A stretch of 56,286 bases of DNA, filler included, from Platydemus manokwari (lineage: Eukaryota), in NCBI GenBank assembly GCA_037951405.1. It is 5 parts of 5 records of this genome, joined end to end, with 100 filler letters (N's around TTAATTAATTAA, not from the genome) between each part and the next. Parts side by side here need not be neighbours in the genome. Positions count along the whole stretch, not along the records: positions 21,691 to 33,500 come from JBBMOY010460000.1; positions 33,601 to 47,310 come from JBBMOY011640292.1; 3 more parts are not named here. One strand, written 5' to 3'. The position numbers were made by a program, and so were the translations under genes. Of the stretch, positions 23,965-36,236 are shown in pieces (position 1 is the stretch's first letter; the number at the start of each line of letters is the position of its first letter). Below the pieces are notes generated by a model, which had not been told where the DNA came from, ran no database searches, and saw nothing but the letters and a program-made list of their open reading frames with translations.

Positions 23965-26900
23965 ATGGATGATCAATTTTCTGGTGAAAGTATTTCTTTT
24001 GATTATTCTTAATCGACTCAATTAATTTCAGACAAATCATTAACTAGACAGTTTATGAAAAGAAAATTAGGTGAATTCGATTTAGAATTCGTAAATGTCG
24101 TTGATTTATCAGACACGAGTATTGCTTAATAGGTTTTATAATCACACTAATTACCGATGAAATCTAGATGTTGAAAATATTGGTAGTCTTCAGGAATGTG
24201 TAAATGTTGAAATATTATATCTTTCGACAAACTTAATCAGAACTATGAGCGACTTTGGATGTTTTACTAAGTTAAGGATACTCGATATATCACAAAATAA
24301 AATTTCTAATCTCGGTATGTCATTCAGATTTTAATTGAAATATACAAGGAAATAAGATTTTTCTAATAATTATTCATTTATAAAACAACGCATTAAGTAT
24401 ATAAATATCCTTGTTCATTTATTGCAATCAGTAAAGAAATCGTTAGAATCTCACACTGGGAGAAAAAATTTGAAATTTATTGAAGCATAAGCTTATTGGC
24501 TCTCGATTATTTTGTTGTTTAGATTTAGAATTAAGCTATTTAATTCTGAATATGTATATCATCAAGTCTTTTATGATCAGACAGCCATATTCCTACATTT
24601 AAAGCTTATCTTTTATAATTAAATGTTACTCAAAAATCTTTACCCAAAGATGTGGAGTTTTATTAAAAGAAATCAATATAATAATTTTATTATAATAAAT
24701 ATTAATGATTCATTTCTATTTCTATTCAATCGAAGATGGTGTTGAAAATTGTGTGGCATTAGAAAATCTGGATGCCAGTGGAAATAATATTTCCAAGTAT
24801 AATCATTGAATGATAATAATAATCAAATGATATTTTTCTAAATATTCTAGTATCAATACCATTAAATCAATTATCAAACTTGAGAAATTCCATGTTTTAC
24901 GTTTGAAAAATCATGTAAAAAATTTAACCAATCCTATTTGTCTGGGGACAGATTATCGGGAAAACGTATTGAAAATGTTACCAAATCTCAAACAACTCGA
25001 TGGTGCTTTATTTATATTGGTTATAATTATTTATATTTTGTTTATAAAGGAGAATATTTAACCGGTTCGGAATCATTAGTGTTTAAGAAAATGAATGATT
25101 TAGAGAGTTCTTTCGCTGGTAAGATCAGTTTTTGTTTGAAGATTTGTGCATTATAATCTAATAATAATTTGCTCATATAAAGGAATTTGATAAATATTGC
25201 TTGTGATTGATATTGTTGAGATGGATTGAAAGTGCAATCACAACATGTACTCACCATCAAGTGAGTCGCGATAATGAATGAATGTAACTGTCGAGGGTTT
25301 CGAATCCACCCCGAAAAGGGAATTATTAAATTGTTGATTAAATAACCTATCAGGAATTTCAAAACCATTTTAACAATGGCTTATAATTGTATAGCATTTA
25401 GAATATAGGAGATTAATACTAATCCGGAGCACGTGTGTATCCACGAAGCATAATAAATTATGCTGTAATAGCTAATGAGATATTAATATAGATAAAAGAA
25501 ATCTTTATAGATGTAAGCATATACAGTCAATCCTGTTCAATATGAACACTAGCGTTCCAAATTTTATCAAATGTTGATATTAAAAAGTAATATTAACAGT
25601 TATTAACGCAACAATATCAAAGATTTCGCATTTACACCTATTTATCAGAATTTTTATTTCTTTGACACATAATAAAGTCTGTGATTTTCAATCGTCTAGA
25701 TGCTTTTTCTCTTTGAAATTCTTCCATGAAATCCCATATTTTGTTCATCTTATCAGGAATACTAGCTTGGAAGTATTTTTCGAGTTTGCTTGCATATTCA
25801 TAGGCTTCAAATCCTGTCATTACTGTATCTTCTTCCACCTCTTCAACAGAATTATCATTTGTTTCTTCATTTTCATACATTTCGACTAAATGAAACAAGA
25901 GATCTTCATCAAATTTTGGATTATTTTCAAAACATGGAAAATCATCACATTCAGTATTCACTTCTTTAACATACGCACTTTCGAAAGACTTGGTAAAACA
26001 ATTAGAAATAGTCACAGGTTTTACACTATTTCTTGCTTTCGAGATACAAACTTCTGCTTGATATAAATCAAAAGATTATATTTCGATGAATGAAAGCGTT
26101 GTGAGCAACCTTTATCTTCGTCGAACAATTTTAACAATTTCTGTTAAACTTCAATACTTAAATCCTTTCTCTTTCGTTTTGAATTTGTTTTTTCATCCTC
26201 ATAAAAGACAGTTAAAAATTAAATATTTAAACAAAAATGGTAAAATTTATTGATTTATTTTACATTTTTTGTTCAGTCTTCAAAATAAACAGTGATCATA
26301 TTATAAAACATAATTTCCTATGAAAGCCATATGATTTCCAATAATTTTTGACTTAAATGTTCACATTAAACTTTGTTCATATTAAACTGGGTTCATATTG
26401 AACAGGCTTGAATGTGTATGAAAAGCATAAATATATGGGAATAGTATTAGAAAATGTATATTTAAGAATGTAGTAGTAAAAATGGAAAAGTTTTTGAAAA
26501 TATTTTTAACGTTTTGAAAATTAAATATTAAAAATTCATATTAATAAGCAAATAATTTATATGAAATATCAAAATGGATATCAGTATTATCAGGCGGATA
26601 TTTGTTTAAAATTGAATCGATTAATTTATGGTTCTGTAAGAGTAATGACAATCCTAATAGATACTCACTAATGATGGACCAGCTGAGTGGTTGTTTCACA
26701 TTTATCAGTATTGGGTATTTAATAATTTGCTCACTGGCTTATTTCAAATCACGGCAATTTTATCCGCATACTCACCACTTAGCTATACGAACTCCATCAC
26801 AGTTTTAAAAAAAATAAAAAATATTAATTTCCAGATAAAATTTATTTATGAGAATCTCCATTTTGCTTTCACCCCGCAATTAGCATGCATTGTGCTTGTA

Positions 26901-27315
26901 AATAATTTCAATCCAATTTTCCGACTTTGTTATGAGAATTCTCGACATTGAGTGAAAAGCCTGCAGTTTCTTTATGACGGATAAAATTGCCGTTTACTCT
27001 TTAAAGATTAAAATATAATATTATTAAAATGTGAAATTAACTGTGGATTAATATGAAAAATACGAATAGATAGCAAAGTGCCGGTAACCAATGACGATTC
27101 GATTCCCAAGCCAATCGATCTGGAATTGTCTAATTACCGAATGGAATCGAATGTCTTTAACAAAATAAAATCGATTAACAATGAAATTCAAAGTAGCGTT
27201 TTTCACTTCATAAATGTGTACATTTGTTGTTTTTTATTTTTTAGAAAATTTAAGTTCCATTGTTAGTATTCGAGATCGAATTTATCAAATCGTATTAGAT
27301 ATGAAAAATAAATAA
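23965..27315 (+). CDS. LRRC61: Leucine-rich repeat-containing protein 61; exons 23965-23989, 24032-24118, 24168-24314, 24736-24796, 24851-25002, 25050-25118, 27070-27192, 27245-27315 (244 aa)
   Basis: Eight GT-AG exons splice in frame. LTRQFMKRKLGEFDLE, LQECVNVEILYLSTN, LENLDASGN, LTNPIC...VLKMLPNLKQLDGE and DLESS are colinear with LRRC61 as recalled (GEFSLES, NPLC, LPGLKVIDGE, DLDSS). Confidence 0.88.
25524..26414 (-). mobile_element. Internally deleted Tigger/pogo-like element in LRRC61 intron 6
   Basis: TIRs CAGTCAATCCTGTTCAATATGAAC (preceded by TA) and GTTCATATTGAACAGGCTTGAATG. Minus strand has a CENP-B-type N-terminal remnant joined to the C-terminus (KARNSVKPVTISNCFTKS, acidic tract, KITDF); includes ORF 25638-26015. 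Confidence 0.88.
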
Positions 27316-27399
27316 TTTTCATTATTTTAATACCTTGTAATTTATTATAAAAATATTTAAATGAAGTTATAAATTTAAATTCGACATTAAACTCTCATT

Positions 27400-28010
27400 T
27401 ACCTCAAATTTGTTCCTCAGTTATTCAATCCATTGTTCCCCTAATTCATAAATCTATGACTTCAAAATTTCCGCAATTCGTTGTCATAATATTTCATAAT
27501 ATTTCCTACATTTTATATATTATTGTTAAAAAACCTAAAAAAAAATTATCGAACGAGTTTATCATATGACCATAAAATATGGCAACAATATTGTAAGCAA
27601 TTTTACAAGAATTTTTAAATTCCAATGAATCGGCTAATTCTAAAATCTCCATGCATTGGCAATCAGAAAAATTATAGAGAAATTATTTATTGCCAGTCGC
27701 TGGAGCAAGTGACAGAAGAGAAAATTTGATATAATTAAAAGTCATCCGAACAATGGATTATAAACTTACAAGTGAAAATCAATAATCTTAATTTTAACTT
27801 TAATTTGTATTTTAATTTTATTTGCAAAAAATCCTCGACCGCAAAGAAGATGATTAGTTTTTTACAAATATAGATGAACATGTGCAAATATATTAGCCAC
27901 TTCTTAAAATCAAATTTTATTATCCGCTTCTTCCTTTTTGGACTATAGTCGACATCATTAGCCTCAACACTAGTGTTTCTTCACATGCAACATTGAGGAC
28001 ACATTTGATT
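27400..28010 (-). pseudogene. Possible decayed BTB-BACK (kelch-like) gene fragment
   Basis: Minus-strand segments LIIFFAVEDFLQIK (BTB end-like), CMEILELADSLEFKNSCKIAYNIV and IYELGEQWIE (BACK-like) in the expected order, with stops and frameshifts. Confidence 0.3.
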
Positions 28011-28266
28011 TTAAGGTTTATTATTTTATCATTGAATTATTATATCCATTCATTGATTGTTTTGTATTATTAATAAAGATTAGTTGGTTTTGTTTTGGTG
28101 ATTTATAAACTCAACTTAAAATTTGATTGAAATCAGACTATTTATGAAAGCATCGCAATTATCTTATTCAGCTTTACATTAAATGATCAATAACACAAGT
28201 AAAACGCCACAAATATGACGTAATAGTAAAATATCAAAGTGATTTGATAATTTTCAATGTGGTTTT

Positions 28267-28548
28267 CAATTTATATTCAAATTTGAATGGTATTTGGAGA
28301 ACTTCTTTATGGTTTATAATACTGCTTATAATGTTTATTATAATGACAGTTATTTTTTATGTAATTCTAAAATACCACCTGATGCCAAGAAATTATCTTG
28401 TTGGGGTTCTGGCCCAACAATTAATCTACAACAATTAATTTACATTGGAAAAAATATGTGTATACATTTACATGACAATACTTATGATATGTGTATTGAT
28501 TTTTTATTGTATAAATTTTTAATTAATCACCATGTATTTATATTTTGA
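28267..28548 (+). pseudogene. Possible internally deleted MATH/TRAF-C domain fragment
   Basis: FKFEWYLENF (MATH strand-1 pattern F.W.I.NF) and SCWG...INLQQL...LHDNTYDMCIDF (MATH C-terminal pattern WG...I..L..YL.DD); no upstream exons found. Confidence 0.35.
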
Positions 28549-28612
28549 CAACCTTGGGAATTTTTGAGCAATAACCAGTTTGAAATATTGATATTTATAA
28601 TTATTATACTTA

Positions 28613-29687
28613 TATTTACGTAAAATAATAATATCAATAAAACCACCAATAGCAAACCCTTCGAAATTCCCTAAGATAATAAATTAATTTATAAAATATC
28701 AATACGCAATAAGATATCGCGTATTAACAGTGACAAATAAATTGTCATCTATTTTCGCGCATGAAAATTCTCTCACAAAATAAAATAATCACTCGATTAA
28801 ATTTAATCGAGAGATATTTTCTCTGTCTAATAAATTTATTCGGAGAGAATTTCTCTCACCAATGAATTTATTCATGGGCATTGGATTTAATCGCAGAGAA
28901 TATCTGCGAGTGATTCACACTGCCTATTTAAGACAGTAACCACAATCAACACGGAGACAAGTACAATTGCATTGGCGAAGTTGTACGCTACATCAATTGG
29001 AGAAGACACATCATTTAAATTTCAGTTTGATGCACTGTAGAAAATCATCTGGTGCAGAAGACCAATTCTCCTGTATATGCCCGGCATTTGCTGGAAGACT
29101 CAAAGTAAGACCATACCTGTAAAATACTTATCTATATTATATATCGTATCGTTTTATTCCTATTATCGAGTTTGTCGCTCAAAAATCTTAAAGGTAACCG
29201 GTTTTGCTCAAAGAGAGTGAAGTTTATTAACCTTCAACTTAATCCAGGAGTTGTAAGGTTCGTCTTGAGTGTAATTTGATGTATAGTGTAGTATTTCAAA
29301 ATCAATCTGTAATTTATATTTTATTTTATGATAACCAGTTCTTGTATTAGTGTTATATTTAATAAACATTTGTAGCATTGGATTTTAGTTCTTAATCAAA
29401 TAGAGATCGTAAAATGATTGTTGGTAATATTTGTAAAAAATATAGTTAATAGTTTAAATAGGGTTAAGTATTGTGAGACTTATAATTAAGTTAGTTAGAA
29501 TATATCGCTACTGCCACACCTATTGTCATCATACATTAAGGCTGTGCGAGGTGAAAGAACAACAGTATAAGGTAAATTACGCCTGTGGCCTTAATCAAGA
29601 ACTCTTAGAGACTGATTAAGACAGTAGTGATATCAAGTAAAATTAAGCTTATTAAAACAATAAAATCAATAAGGTCCGATCATAACA
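28613..29687 (+). mobile_element. LTR-like block (palindromic enhancer-like array, TATA-like box, polyA signal, structured 3' end)
   Basis: Palindrome array 28700-28915, TATTTAAG at ~28925, AATAAA at 29361, ending ...CATAACA at 29687. Left boundary and TSD not established. Confidence 0.4.
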
Positions 29688-30049
29688 TTAGTATGACACA
29701 ATTTAATTAAATGTAATAAAGTGCGAAATTTTGTATCTGAAAATTAACAACAACAATTTTATTTTAATTTTGTTTTCGGTATTTATCCAAGAATTATTCA
29801 AAGATATAATAATGGAATTTTAATAAGGAATTTAGAAATTTAAGTCATAATTAATTACGGGATTAATAGTTTAATTTAGGGTACAATAGTTTAATGATAA
29901 TAATAATAATTTTGGAAATAAAGCTTAGTTATTATTTGATTTGGTAACAATTTTCATTAATAATAATAATAATTTTGGTAAATTAGATAAATTTAATTTG
30001 GAAAATAAATTAGAATAAACAATCTATCCCACATTTTAAATGTCAACAA

Positions 30050-31514
30050 GAAAAATATGAACAATGAAACCCCAAATCAATCTCGTATCCTGGAAATAAT
30101 AGTGAAAACTAAAATATAATAAAATTTTATACAATCAGAAAAAAGCAACTACTGACAGTTGGATAATAATAACTATTAAAAAGGAAATGCAGCTCGCATC
30201 TTAAATAATCCACACATTATTTTTCCTGTTTGGCAATTTAGTATATAAGTGCCTTGTATACTAGTGCCTTCACCCCTTAATGCAGAAACCACTGAAAAAG
30301 CTCCTTATACTTGAAGTTGTTGCTGATCAATTTTGTGAAGATAAGTCCCGTAAATAGTACGATTCAGTTAAGAAGTTTATGCCATGTGTTACACAGGATA
30401 AGAATATTTATTGCCCGAAGATTGAAGAACAAGTATCTTCAATTAGTGTAAAATTACATATTAGATGGTAGCGTTGGAGGAACTGATATTGTGTAGTGGG
30501 CTATAATCTGTTCCTAAGTTGGCAGAAATGTTGACGCCTTTTTGAGCTCACGGAAAAATTTGCTTGGAAGTTTGAAATCTGAAGATGTATGGCTATTGAG
30601 ATTTAATACTAAAAGTTTGACATGTCTCTTTGGTGCAAATCTAGAGAGTTCGGCTGTTTTGGTATTAGATAGTATTTCTGCGAGGTCTAGAGAATCAATC
30701 TCTTGCATATTAATGGCTTCCAGTAGTAATAGGTGTGTCACTTTTTCTGTAGCTGGATCGTTGACCATTGATGTTTTACGGAAGAGTATGATAGTGGCTA
30801 TAGACTGATTGATGTTCTCGCGAAACTGTCGATGGACTGGAGCAAGAAATGTCGTAGTCGAGAACATTCCGGACTACAAACAAGTCACAGTCATTTGAAT
30901 TTATTTGTTTTTTGAGTTAGGCTATAATGAACTTATGAACTAATAACGTTTTCTTTAGTGCTTGCAAATTCTGTAAGAGATTGTCCAACTTTACCCACAA
31001 AGCTTTTCGTCCATCCAATAGGAAGAAGGTAGCTAGATCAATGTAATTTGATTTAGACAGTGTCCAGTGAATAAGTCAAAAGCCGAATCTCCATGATAAC
31101 AACGTCTGGGATGGAAAAAAGTGCCTTGGTTGATCATAGTGGTTGCTGGTTGCCGTTTGATAAAAATGAGATTAGTGGACATCGGATTCGATTCCAGGGC
31201 TTGATAGTCATTGAGACTGAAGATCTTCATTGGTTAGGGAATGAAAATTGGCTGGTTGGTTTGTAGGTTTTCAGATGCAGCTTAAAGTCTGTTAATGCCG
31301 CTCTGAAACCACAGTAATATTGGACAGCAAAAATAGGTGGGAGAAGACATTGTGGTTTTACAAACAGAGGGCCCAAGAAGAATTTGACTATTGGAATAAA
31401 GCAGGTGAATACAATTGTACTGTGGTGATGTATAATGAAATCTAACACCTTAGGTAAACATTTTCCGTTGTGTAGTAAGTCGGAATCAATCTTTAGTTTC
31501 TTAAAATGTTTCAA
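30050..31514 (-). mobile_element. Decayed retroelement gag-protease-like region
   Basis: PRRCYHGDSAFDLF...YW resembles a gag capsid start. Downstream IFGQ*IFLSCVTHGINFLTES and VVSALRGEGTSIQGTYILNCQTG resemble a decayed retropepsin active-site region and flap. Multiple frameshifts. Confidence 0.4.
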
Positions 31515-32059
31515 GTTTTACTTATTTATATTTATTTGCTTATTCTTATACTTCCACATTCTTCGATTTCTGCCTATTTACTTTGCATTATAACAAAAAA
31601 TTTACTATTTCACAGATTTATGTTATTGTGTTTAAAGTTGTGTTCATTATATATAATTTTACCCTACAAATATTTACTCCATGATCTAAATTTTTAAGAG
31701 AAGTTAGACATTAATTTACTCGTGCTAATTATCCTACACGTGCTTAATGTACAATAAAATATTTGGTGTATAATACATTCAGTGTAAGTAATGGAAAACA
31801 CTATGGCAAGATGGATTTGGACCGAAAACGTTCACTGTGAAATATGTAAAATAGGAAACTACACGTTAAAAAAATAACGCCGGTAAAATTGTGAATATTT
31901 GTATTATTATGAAAAAAGCAAAACATATAAATCAATTTTAAAACAGGACAATATTTATATTCTAATATTTTAATAAAAATAAAAAATTATAATAACGACA
32001 AGAATCAGAGAAATATACATTATTAAAAATAAAACAAACTAATTTCATAACATTAAAAA

Positions 32060-32830
32060 GAAAAAACCAATTAGAATGATTTCTCTTACTAGCCAAGAGT
32101 AATTCAAACTTTTTAAGCCTTCCAGTAATAAATTAAATAAAAGCAAACTGAGCCAACATCCTCCAACGCAAAAATCTGGGTTTTATAACCACATTTCATT
32201 ACAATAAAACACAAACCAAATTACTAAGAAATTTTGCTAAAGCAATTCAACAATTACTGCTCACCACTAATCTAGGATCTGATCATTAATCACTATTTGT
32301 TTGACTAACAGCATAAATCACTTTTAGAGACAAATAATCGCTACAAAGAGAAAAATCTATGTAAGCCAGGTCATTATTTTGGATAAAGACCATCACTTAC
32401 ATCATTTTTCAGATAGCATTTTATATTAATTCTTTTCAATGAACTTCATCGGCAAGCACTAAGAATTATACGCCCATGCATTTGTTGAGCGTGCGTTCAC
32501 ATTTTATTAAACGTTAATTATGCTGTTTGAAAAGGTTTGTAAACATTTCAGAGAAGTTCTCACATAGAATCTGTGACAATTGTAGTTGATAATTCTATTC
32601 AAGACAAATTTTCCATTAAAATTTAGTTATTCGTTAATCCACCCTTGCCATATCTGTTCATTAATGACCTTATAAAATTTTCACTTATACTTGACTCAAA
32701 TAAATCCCAGAACTTGGTCATCTCAAACATATACGTATCATAGCAAAAAATGATATAATAAAGAGACTCAATAGACACATTGTATTACCATCTCATCCAA
32801 GAAGAACAAAAGCCATGAAAAAATGGTTAT
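32060..32830 (-). mobile_element. Decayed piggyBac-like transposase remnant
   Basis: Minus strand: YGKG (~32655), LNKCMGV (YNK.MGGVD-like, ~32490) and C-terminal VFYCNE..NPDFCVGGC (Cys-rich domain, ~32210-32158). Confidence 0.5.
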
Positions 32831-33500
32831 TTTAGTTACGTTGTGAGGGAAATTTAAAGAAACTAATAATAATTTAAAATACTAATTTTAATAAAAAAAA
32901 ATTTAATTACAACTTTAATAATTTAATAATAAGTACAAAAATAAAAAATAAAATTTGGAATCTTTTAATATAAAGTAGTTATAAAATAATTTGTATATTT
33001 TTATCTATACCTGATTAAGATTGATATCCAAAGCTCTCCAAAATTTTTTTCTAAAACGGATTTTAATTTGTTTAAAAATTGTTTGTATAAAATAAAAGGT
33101 AAGAAAATTGTAATAATGACTTCTTTTGCTGAAACATCAAATTCAAGCAAAGTAGTTGCTACTAATCTATGTTACAGACAACGATGCAGATGCTACTCTT
33201 TGTATTCATCACAACATTTTTGTGAAGGAGTGTTATATCAGTGGAAATTTTCTCAGTAGTCCGTGGGATAAAAATGCATTGATTAAAAAATCTTACACAA
33301 ATATATACCGTTCAAAATATATAATATTATTTTATAATATAGGCAAGATTGATAAAAGCTAAATTAACATTCAATCATGTTCAGTTAATTTCAAACTACA
33401 AAATTTAAGAAGGAAATACAAGATTGGCTTTGAACATTTAAAAATGAAAAAAAAATGTTTTCCATGATAACTAATTTAATCAAAAGCGTATAGTAATTAA

Positions 33501-33600
33501 NNNNNNNNNNNNNNNNNNNNNNNNNNNNNNNNNNNNNNNNNNNNTTAATTAATTAANNNNNNNNNNNNNNNNNNNNNNNNNNNNNNNNNNNNNNNNNNNN
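33501..33600. other. Assembly gap with artificial linker
   Basis: N44-TTAATTAATTAA-N44. Confidence 0.97.
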
Positions 33601-36236
33601 GAATAGAGCTTCAAAATGACGTGTATGTTAATGATTTGCTACAGCACACACACAAGTGTTTACATATGGTGTCAAATTCCGGTTATTAAGTTATAGACCT
33701 AATATATAAAAGGCAAATTGTTTGTTTCACGGATAAAAGATAAAGACTATAACGATAACAGTTGAATTTACTTATATTGACTATAAAACAGAGGGGTATT
33801 TACTCAAGTTATCATGCTGTTCAATCTCATCTTCATATAGGTATGAATAATCAACGTGAAGGAAGTGTTAATATATTTTATGAAAATGTAAATCAGAAGA
33901 AAAGAAAATACAAAAATTGGTAAAAATACAAATGAAAGCGAATGAATAGAATAACCGAAAGAAAACGCCATATCAAAAATAACGGACGATTATTCAAAAT
34001 TTAACCAGGCATGAAAAACCTATCATATCTGAATCAATTAGTTTTGGATCAAAAGATTCCAGTTGAAAAACGTGAATCACTTGTATAACCTACATGTCTG
34101 TTCATTTCTTGTTTTCCCAGTAAACATTTATTTTAATTATGTCGTGCTCTGAGAACAATAATTTGTATACACGAAAAATAATATAAGAAAATGGTCAAGT
34201 TAAATAAAGAACTTCGATAACTCAACTATTTAAATAATTTGAGATGATTTAACAAATAGAAAGTTTTTTAACCAATAAAAATAAAGATTAGGAAAAATCA
34301 AAATGAATAACATGGTATCTCCGACAATATATCGCAAAACCAAAACCATTGAAATCAAAACAAATTAGAAGCTTAAGAGATAAAGAGCCAACATTCACTG
34401 ATAACAACCTTATAGAAATATGGAAAAAAGTATGTTCATTTATAAAAATATTGAGCGGTGATAAAAGAAATTGATTTAAAACTCCATATGTAATCAAAGG
34501 TATCTTGGTAAAGAACATTTTTATAAAACTAAGTATTTAATAGTCAGGCCAACATTCAGCTACCCTTATCATAAATTTATAATAAAGTTTTTAAACTCCA
34601 TCATGTCTATGAACGAGTAACTAGCTAAATTTATAAAAGTCATTTTTAGAATGAGCTGAATTATAAATTAAATTGTGAAATTTTGATTATCAGTAATAAA
34701 ATATTGTAATAAAATTTTTCTGTTGAGTTGCTATTTATAAACATAGCTATAACATTAAAATCATCGGTAAATTATATCATATTAAAGCATTAAACATTTG
34801 TTATTTATTGAGACGGATCAATTAATCATCTCAAAATAACATGAAGTACAATCCAAGTGTTAAGAAAGTACTGAAAGAACTAGATGACTATTTCAGTTTA
34901 CTTTCATATAAAAACCATATTATTAGTATCTATTAAAGGTAATATTGACGAGTTTAAAAAGTTTATCAAGAATAATTACAGAACTGGAATCAATATAGTC
35001 AGTACGGAAATTCCATTTTTGTCTCAATAAAGAATTTAAAATCTAAAAGTTAAATTTTATAAATATTATTTGATGGCTTTGACTTTTGTTAGTATCTGTA
35101 CTTGATTTTCTATTGTTTGTCAAAGAAGAAATTTTGTACGTGAGAGGATATTTATTGCTTAAGCTCTTAGATGTGATCTTTTATTGAAACTTAGTCTAGG
35201 ATCTCATCATGAACAATTGTTCAAGCTCTGATGTCAGATTATTATATACAATATGATTAAATGGAGTAAGGGTTTCTGTGCAACCATGTGATGTCCTGAA
35301 GATATTAAACTACTCAGGAGGACAAATATATCGAAGAGCAGTTATTAAAGAAAGTAATGAAATATTTCCAGTAACTTTGACCCTTTTAATAATTAAGTAA
35401 TTTATCCTTTTGGAGCATTATTGTAATAATAATATTATGAAGTTAAAATAAATCTCACCATTGGGTGTTGAATCAATTTTTTTCTGAACTTCTTAAAATT
35501 ATGTGTTTTGCTACTGTTAGAGGTCGTTTATTTACTTTATTTGGTTTGAAAAGTGACAACAGAAAGAACTAAAAAGTCACGACACCAAATTATGTATTCA
35601 AATACAATAATATACAAAAAATAATTTTTTGTAAAATCAGGATAAATCTTCAAGTTCAATTTATGACAAATCATCACAGCTTTACAATATTGGTTTGATT
35701 TATGACTAACGGGCGGGTACCGTTGAATGAACTGGTGACAGTGGGCTTAATGAGAAATTCTTTGCAAAAAAGGTTGTCAGCAATCAATCTTGCTTCTTGA
35801 TGGCCTTCATAAATGTGGAGAGAAAACCTTGGAAACGGATTTTTGATAAAAATATGGTTTGCATGATTAAAAATTCAAATATCAGCTGAGCGAAACATTG
35901 ATATCTTCAATATGAAGCAGTATGGATCATGAAAAATCAATAATATGATACCAAAAATGAAAATTGTAAAATTATTGTTTTAATTATTTATTATTAGAAA
36001 TTAAATTATTAATAAATTGATTTTAACGAGATTTATTTTAATATTTCAATCTTAATTCCAATGTTTACAAGTGCCATCAATCGATATAATCTGTAGTTAG
36101 TTATCCAAATCATTGACCAAAGGTTATTAATTGATTACTATGATCGGAAATAGATCGATTATTGTATATGATATAACTTATTTGTAACTTTTTATTCTAA
36201 TTTTTTCAATCAATTTTAGATAAATCAATAATTAAA

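Noticed and set aside
25285-25320. B-box-like GGTTTCGAATCC (possible tRNA-derived SINE)
   Set aside because: No cloverleaf or A-box, and no second copy in the window.
25418-25447. Helitron 3'-end-like hairpin plus ATTAG-T on the minus strand
   Set aside because: Short imperfect stem, non-canonical terminus, no 5' end identified.
30514-31230. Helitron/Pif1 helicase interpretation (PDVVIME, SFVGKV, FLAP motifs)
   Set aside because: No Walker A or HKSQG motif; gag-protease order fits better, although both readings are weak and need an HMM test.
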